From assembly GCF_000341395.1 (NCBI RefSeq), contig NC_020304.1, positions 3,570,001 to 3,602,000 of the forward strand: a stretch of DNA of 32,000 nt, read 5' to 3'. The notes beneath the pieces were generated by a model. That model ran no database searches, was not told the origin of the DNA, and worked only from the letters and a program-made list of their open reading frames with translations. Of this stretch, positions 26,957-32,000 are shown piece after piece; positions within the stretch are counted from its first letter, which is position 1; each line of letters opens with the position of its first letter. This stretch comes from Desulfocapsa sulfexigens DSM 10523. Lineage in GTDB: Bacteria; Desulfobacterota; Desulfobulbia; Desulfobulbales; Desulfocapsaceae. The translations under genes and the position numbers were made by a program.

Positions 26957-27614
26957 CATTAAGATTTCAGAAATCTTCTACTCCATACAGGGGGAATCGA
27001 GCTATGCCGGTCTCCCCTGTATATTTATTCGGTTAAGTGGCTGTAACCTGCGCTGCAACTATTGCGATGCTGCCTACACCTGGGAAGAAGGAGATCCGTG
27101 GAGTATTGACTCTATTCTTGCAAAAGTGAACTCCTATCCATGTGATCTTGTTGAAGTCACCGGAGGAGAGCCCCTCTTGCAAAAGAACTGTCCTGAGCTA
27201 CTTGCAGGACTTTCCACACAGGGGAAAAAAACACTTCTTGAAACCAATGGGTCCATAGCTATCAATGCAATTCCTGATGAAACAATTGCCATCCTGGACG
27301 TAAAATGTCCCGATAGCGGCTCAAAAGACAGCTTTCACCCGGACAATCTCTTACTGATACGAAATCGCCTGGCTGCAACCCCTGGCTCAGCTGAGCTGAA
27401 GTTTGTACTATCAACACAGGATGACTACATCTGGGCAAAGAATTTTATCAGCCAGCATCAGCTCGTTGGTTTACTGCCCATTCTTTTCTCACCCGTGCAA
27501 CCAGGCGTAACAGCACAGGACCTTGCTGACTGGATTTTGAAGGATGGTTTGGATGTACGTTTGCAGATTCAGCTTCACACCATACTTTGGCCCACTATCA
27601 GTCGTGGTGTTTAG
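26946..27614 (+). CDS. queE: 7-carboxy-7-deazaguanine synthase QueE (radical SAM)
   Basis: FYSIQGESSYAGLPCIFIRLSGCNLRCNYCDAAYTW; VTGGEPLLQ; overlaps queD. Confidence 0.95.
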   Translation: MPANIKISEIFYSIQGESSYAGLPCIFIRLSGCNLRCNYCDAAYTWEEGDPWSIDSILAKVNSYPCDLVEVTGGEPLLQKNCPELLAGLSTQGKKTLLETNGSIAINAIPDETIAILDVKCPDSGSKDSFHPDNLLLIRNRLAATPGSAELKFVLSTQDDYIWAKNFISQHQLVGLLPILFSPVQPGVTAQDLADWILKDGLDVRLQIQLHTILWPTISRGV

Positions 27615-27666
27615 TAATGATCACACACTCAAAAATTTATTTTCAGCTTAAGGATTAATTAAGATA

Positions 27667-28692
27667 ATGAAAAAGATAGTTCCTGTTGAAGAAGCTGTTG
27701 GAATGGTTCTCCCTCATGATATAACAGAAATCGTTAAAGATGAGTTTAAAGGACGGGCATTTAAAAAAGGTCATATCATTCGCGAAGAGGACATTGAACA
27801 CCTGAAGCGCTTAGGAAAAGAACATATTTACGTTCTGAAACTCGGACCAGATGAAATCCACGAAAACGAAGCGGCTGAAATACTTGCAAGAGCCCTTTCA
27901 GGTCCAGGATCAATGCTCTCAGCGGAACCCGTGGAAGGCAAAATTGCCATTAACGCAAAATGTGACGGCCTGCTGAAGGTTAACGAAGAGGCGCTATATC
28001 GGTTCAATCTCCTCGGTGTTGTCATGTGCTCCACCCTGCAGACAAATACCCCTGTTAAGAAAGGGGAAAACATTGCTGCCACCCGCCTTATTCCACTCGT
28101 TTCAGAACGCGCCGTCGTAGAAGAGGCTGCTGCCATTGCAAAAAACGCCAACTCAATCATTTCAGTAAAAGAGTTACGGAAGGCCAAAGCAGGACTGATC
28201 ATAACCGGCAACGAAGTCTTTCACGGCAGAATAGAAGACAAGTTTGAGCAGGTACTGCGAAACAAGCTTGCAAAGATTGGCTCTGAAGTGATCTCCGTCA
28301 CCTTTGCCCCCGATGATATTGAGATAATCGGAAAGGCCATTACCGATGCAATAGTCGGTGGGGCAGATCTTATTATCACATCAGGCGGTATGTCTGTTGA
28401 TCCCGATGATGTGACTCGTATGGGGATCGAACATGCAGGAGCCACCGACTGTTTTTACGGCACCCCCGTCCTGCCCGGGGCCATGTTTTTAAGTGGTAAA
28501 ATAGGAGACATCCCCGTACTCGGTCTTCCGGCCTGTGGAATGTTTCATAATATCACAGTTTTTGACTTGATTTTACCACGAATTCTCAGCGGTGAATCAA
28601 TTGGCCGGGAAGAGTTTGCCCGAATGGGTCACGGCGGCCTCTGCCGCAACTGTAAACGATGCCAGTACCCGGTATGTAACTTTGGAAAATAA
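27667..28692 (+). CDS. Molybdopterin-binding domain protein (MoaB/Mog fold) with Cys-rich C-terminus
   Basis: AGLIITGNEVFHGRIEDKF, DLIITSGGMSVDPDDVT, GTPVLPGAMFL, C-terminal CRNCKRCQYPVC. Confidence 0.85.
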   Translation: MKKIVPVEEAVGMVLPHDITEIVKDEFKGRAFKKGHIIREEDIEHLKRLGKEHIYVLKLGPDEIHENEAAEILARALSGPGSMLSAEPVEGKIAINAKCDGLLKVNEEALYRFNLLGVVMCSTLQTNTPVKKGENIAATRLIPLVSERAVVEEAAAIAKNANSIISVKELRKAKAGLIITGNEVFHGRIEDKFEQVLRNKLAKIGSEVISVTFAPDDIEIIGKAITDAIVGGADLIITSGGMSVDPDDVTRMGIEHAGATDCFYGTPVLPGAMFLSGKIGDIPVLGLPACGMFHNITVFDLILPRILSGESIGREEFARMGHGGLCRNCKRCQYPVCNFGK

Positions 28693-28699
28693 ATCAAAA

Positions 28700-29578
28700 A
28701 TGACCAAACGACCAGACAAAGAGGAACCGATACACTGTAACATTCTGGTAAAAGCTCCAGCAGTTGCAAGCCAGCTTCTTGCCGACAGCAGCGGCTTACC
28801 AAAGGAACGTATCAAACATGCCATGCTCAAGGGTGCCGTATGGTTAAAACGCCCAGGAAGTAAAGAGCGACGCCTCCGAAAAGCAAAATTCAAACTTAAA
28901 ACAGACGATTTTATTCAACTCTTTTATAATGCGGACGTTCTTTCTCAGACACCTCCTGAGCCGACACGCATTGCAGAAAATGAAGAGTATAGTGTCTGGT
29001 TTAAGCCTCCATGGCTCCTCAGTCAGGGAACCCGCTACGGAGACCATTGTTCCCTGCTTCGATTGGCACAGAAGAGCGCCAGTGATGTCGATTTCAAACT
29101 TATCCACCGGCTTGACCGGGAAGCTTCGGGCCTGATGGTACTGGCCCATAATCGTAATGCGGCAATGCTCCTCTCGAAACTCTTCCAGGAAGACAGGATA
29201 GAGAAGCGCTACTTTGCTGAAGTCAATGGGCATCCGGAAATACCCGAAAAAGGCCTGTTTCTGAACTCAGAGATTGATGGAAAATCGGCATCCACGGAGA
29301 TTCTTCGAGGATATCCTGGAAAGACAGATGGAAACACTATACTGGATATTCGCCTTCATACAGGAAGGCTGCATCAGATACGGAAACATCTCGCTGATTT
29401 TGGACACCCGGTTATAGGTGATTCCAAATATGGGGAACGACAGAGGGGATATTATGAATTGCATCTCTGCGCCTGGAAAATACATTTTCTCTCCCCCTTT
29501 ACCCAGGAGACAGTTACATACCAGGCACCTCTCGAAATGAGGCCATCTTTTCTTAAAGATACAATAGCTACGACATGA
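28700..29578 (+). CDS. RluA-family RNA pseudouridine synthase
   Basis: FKPPWLLSQGTRYGDH, KLIHRLDREASGLMVLAHN, HTGRLHQIRKHLADFGHPVIGDSKYG; start chosen at MTKRPDK. Confidence 0.92.
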   Translation: MTKRPDKEEPIHCNILVKAPAVASQLLADSSGLPKERIKHAMLKGAVWLKRPGSKERRLRKAKFKLKTDDFIQLFYNADVLSQTPPEPTRIAENEEYSVWFKPPWLLSQGTRYGDHCSLLRLAQKSASDVDFKLIHRLDREASGLMVLAHNRNAAMLLSKLFQEDRIEKRYFAEVNGHPEIPEKGLFLNSEIDGKSASTEILRGYPGKTDGNTILDIRLHTGRLHQIRKHLADFGHPVIGDSKYGERQRGYYELHLCAWKIHFLSPFTQETVTYQAPLEMRPSFLKDTIATT

Positions 29579-29593
29579 AATCGATCGGGATTT

Positions 29594-30751
29594 TCAGGAA
29601 ATAAGACTAAGGGCCAGCTCTGCGGCCTTCTCAGAAGCTCCTGATTGCCCCATCCTGTCACGCACCAGCTCAAGGCCCTGCAGCATCTCTTTGCGTCTTT
29701 GACTGTCAAAGAGTATCGCCATAAGCTCTTCCTCAATGCGTTCAGGACAAACCTCTTCCTGAATCAATTCCGGGACTATCTCTTTTCCGCCAATCAGATT
29801 AACAAGAGAAAAGTGTTTCAAATCACTGTTCACCAGGAGCTGTGCAATTCGATAAGTCCATCTGGACAACTTGTATATGACAATCATTGGGGTATCGAGA
29901 AGAGCAAGTTCCAGAGTTACCGTACCGGAAACCACCACGGCCGCATCGCAGGCTGCCATCATATCATACCGATTTTCTTTGATCAGGCGGACATCAAGCC
30001 CCTGACCATACTCAGCCAACCCATTTTCGCGGATATCTGTTTCGCTGACGGTTGAAGCCAGGGGGAGCAGGAAAACCATCTGTTTTTTCTGACAGTTCTG
30101 CTTCTGCAACCTTTGAGCAGTCTGCAGTAAAATCGGCAGAAGAGTCGCTATTTCCTTTCGCCTGCTGCCAGGTAACAAACCAATACAGAGATTTTCGGTG
30201 TCGATAGTATGATTTTTACAAAACTCATCGCGCCCGGTGATGCTCTTCACAGTATCGAGTAAGGGATGGCCCACATATTCCGCTGTAAGACCATGACTGC
30301 GAAAAAAATCCTGCTCAAAAGGGAGAATTACACCAATTTTGTCAACCCGTTCGCGAATGGTCTTTACCCGTCCGGAGCGCCAGGCCCACACCTGAGGTGT
30401 GATATAATAAAAAACTGGAATACCAAGTTTTTTTGCAGACCTGGCAAGCATAAGGTTGAAATCAGGAAAATCAATAATGATAAGAAGAGCAGGACGTTCT
30501 TCTTTAAGCGCTGTTCGTAATATTTTTCGTGCTGCAAGGATATCAGGAAGGTGAGTAAAAACTTCGGCAATCCCGACCACCGCAATTCTCTTCGCATCGA
30601 ACAGGACATTCACTCCGGCAGCTATGAGTTCCTTACCACCCATCCCGGTGTAGCTGAGTTCGGGCCTTGCAGCCTGCATGGCCCTGACTAAATTTCCACC
30701 ATGCAGGTCACCGGATGCCTCTCCGGCAATGATCATTACTCTGTTATTCAT
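29594..30751 (-). CDS. lpxB: Lipid-A-disaccharide synthase
   Basis: VMIIAGEASGDLHGG, GMGGKEL, YYITPQVWAWRSGRV, VGHPLLD, LLPGSRRKEI, SGTVTLE. Confidence 0.96.
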   Translation of the reverse strand: MNNRVMIIAGEASGDLHGGNLVRAMQAARPELSYTGMGGKELIAAGVNVLFDAKRIAVVGIAEVFTHLPDILAARKILRTALKEERPALLIIIDFPDFNLMLARSAKKLGIPVFYYITPQVWAWRSGRVKTIRERVDKIGVILPFEQDFFRSHGLTAEYVGHPLLDTVKSITGRDEFCKNHTIDTENLCIGLLPGSRRKEIATLLPILLQTAQRLQKQNCQKKQMVFLLPLASTVSETDIRENGLAEYGQGLDVRLIKENRYDMMAACDAAVVVSGTVTLELALLDTPMIVIYKLSRWTYRIAQLLVNSDLKHFSLVNLIGGKEIVPELIQEEVCPERIEEELMAILFDSQRRKEMLQGLELVRDRMGQSGASEKAAELALSLIS

Positions 30752-31723
30752 TTACCTTCCGGACATATCCTCTGCATACACCCCAAGTTTTTGATGATCC
30801 TTTATCTGTTCAATCACCTGCAGGGCAACATCAAGCGCCCTCCGTCCTTCTTTTCCAGAAACAAGTGGAACGGTGCGGTTACGCACGTTTTCAACAAAAT
30901 GCAGGATCTCAGAGTTTAAGGCATCCCCCTTGGGAAAAGTACTCACAACGATATCCTGTTTCGGCATACCGTTTGCCATAAATTCGTTCTTTTTCAGGTG
31001 TAATGTCGTAACCTTGCGATTGGCAAAGTCAACATTAATAAATGAACCAGGCTGGAAAATACGCATGCGCCGGGTGTTATTTCGTGAAATCCGTGAAACC
31101 GTAACATTTGCCGTAGCTCCATTCTCAAAGATAAGCCTGGCATTGGCAATATCCGTGAAATCGGTAACGACCGGAGCACCGACAGTATGAATTGTCTCCA
31201 GAGGAGATTTGATTATATTTAAGATGATATCAATATCATGAATCATGAGATCGAGTACAACATCCACATCAACGCCACGATTTTTGAAGGTGGAGATTCG
31301 CTGGGATTCTATAAACACAGGAACGGTAAGGGAGGGAAGCATTGCCTCCACTGCAGGATTAAAACGTTCAAGATGGCCGACCTGTAATATCAGATCATGT
31401 TCTGCAGCTTTCTCTATAATCTCATCAGCTTCAGCAACCGTGGTAGTGATGGGTTTCTCCATCAGCATATCCACACCAGCCTCAATGCAGTCAAGAGCAA
31501 CCGCATAATGATAACTTGTCGGTACTACGACTGAAACTGCATCAACAAGCTCTAACAACTCTCGATAATCGGTGAATGCAAGACAACCGTTCTCTTTGGC
31601 AATTGCCTGAGCAGCATCCGGGTCAATATCAGCGACACCGACAAGCTCTACATCCTCCATAGCCCTATATTTCTGAGCATGATACTTCCCTAAATACCCA
31701 ACCCCGATAACACCTGCTTTCAT
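30752..31723 (-). CDS. Gfo/Idh/MocA family oxidoreductase
   Basis: GVGYLGKYHAQKYRAM NAD-binding motif, MEKPITTTVAEADEII, VGHLERFNPAV; abuts lpxB. Confidence 0.9.
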   Translation of the reverse strand: MKAGVIGVGYLGKYHAQKYRAMEDVELVGVADIDPDAAQAIAKENGCLAFTDYRELLELVDAVSVVVPTSYHYAVALDCIEAGVDMLMEKPITTTVAEADEIIEKAAEHDLILQVGHLERFNPAVEAMLPSLTVPVFIESQRISTFKNRGVDVDVVLDLMIHDIDIILNIIKSPLETIHTVGAPVVTDFTDIANARLIFENGATANVTVSRISRNNTRRMRIFQPGSFINVDFANRKVTTLHLKKNEFMANGMPKQDIVVSTFPKGDALNSEILHFVENVRNRTVPLVSGKEGRRALDVALQVIEQIKDHQKLGVYAEDMSGR

Positions 31724-31761
31724 ATTCGTTTATCCTTTATTCCTTCTCTCACGCAGATATA

Positions 31762-32000
31762 TCAGATTCCCAGGTAGGCTTTCTGTATATCCTGATTTTT
31801 TAGCAGGTTCTCGGCTGTGTCACTGATGGTAATATCACCATTTTCGATGACATACCCACGATCAGCAATATGCAGCGCCTGATTGGCATTTTGTTCCACC
31901 AGAAATATCGTCGTATTCTGTTCTTTGTTTATTTTCTTAACAATTTCAAAAATCTGCTTAATAATAAGTGGAGCCAGCCCCATTGACGGTTCATCGAGCA
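31762..32000 (-). CDS. livF: ABC transporter ATP-binding protein, branched-chain amino acid (LivF-like), C-terminal part only
   Basis: LDEPSMGLAPLIIKQIFEIVKKIN...TIFLVEQNANQALHIADRGYVIENGDI...LLKNQDIQKAYLGI; continues beyond the window. Confidence 0.9.
   Translation of the reverse strand, partial: LDEPSMGLAPLIIKQIFEIVKKINKEQNTTIFLVEQNANQALHIADRGYVIENGDITISDTAENLLKNQDIQKAYLGI

Overview
The window looks like a deltaproteobacterial-type chromosome segment (inferred from gene content only). It has conserved housekeeping flanks and an accessory block of about 17.8 kb between roughly 4.9 and 22.9 kb. Left flank, minus strand: partial hypothetical protein, HD-GYP response regulator, hybrid sensor kinase with two receivers and a C-terminal HPt-like region. 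Right flank: ComM/YifB ATPase, a COG4123-type methyltransferase, DUF1015 protein, queD, queE, molybdopterin-binding protein, RluA-family pseudouridine synthase, lpxB, Gfo/Idh/MocA oxidoreductase, partial livF-like ATPase. The accessory block is bounded by complete comM on the right and a second ~208 bp copy of the comM 3' end on the left (4936..5143). It holds three tandem modules on the minus strand. Each pairs a small protein with two predicted N-terminal TM segments with a downstream protein carrying a GHSLGG lipase-like N-terminal domain; two of these have long C-terminal RTX repeats and one is cut just where RTX should start. The N-terminal domains and partner proteins differ between modules while 3' segments are nearly identical, a mosaic pattern like polymorphic effector/immunity or secreted-enzyme/accessory pairs. 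Both long RTX ORFs end by running out of frame into a fragment of the C-terminus of a TIGR03032-like protein; a complete TIGR03032-like gene is at 21038..22123. The block also contains a REP-associated (Y1/RAYT) transposase with perfect 20 bp inverted ends, several RAYT C-terminal fragments, and smaller REP/MITE-like palindromes located at gene truncation points. No tRNA, rRNA or CRISPR array was recognised. Percent identities and database matches were not computed.
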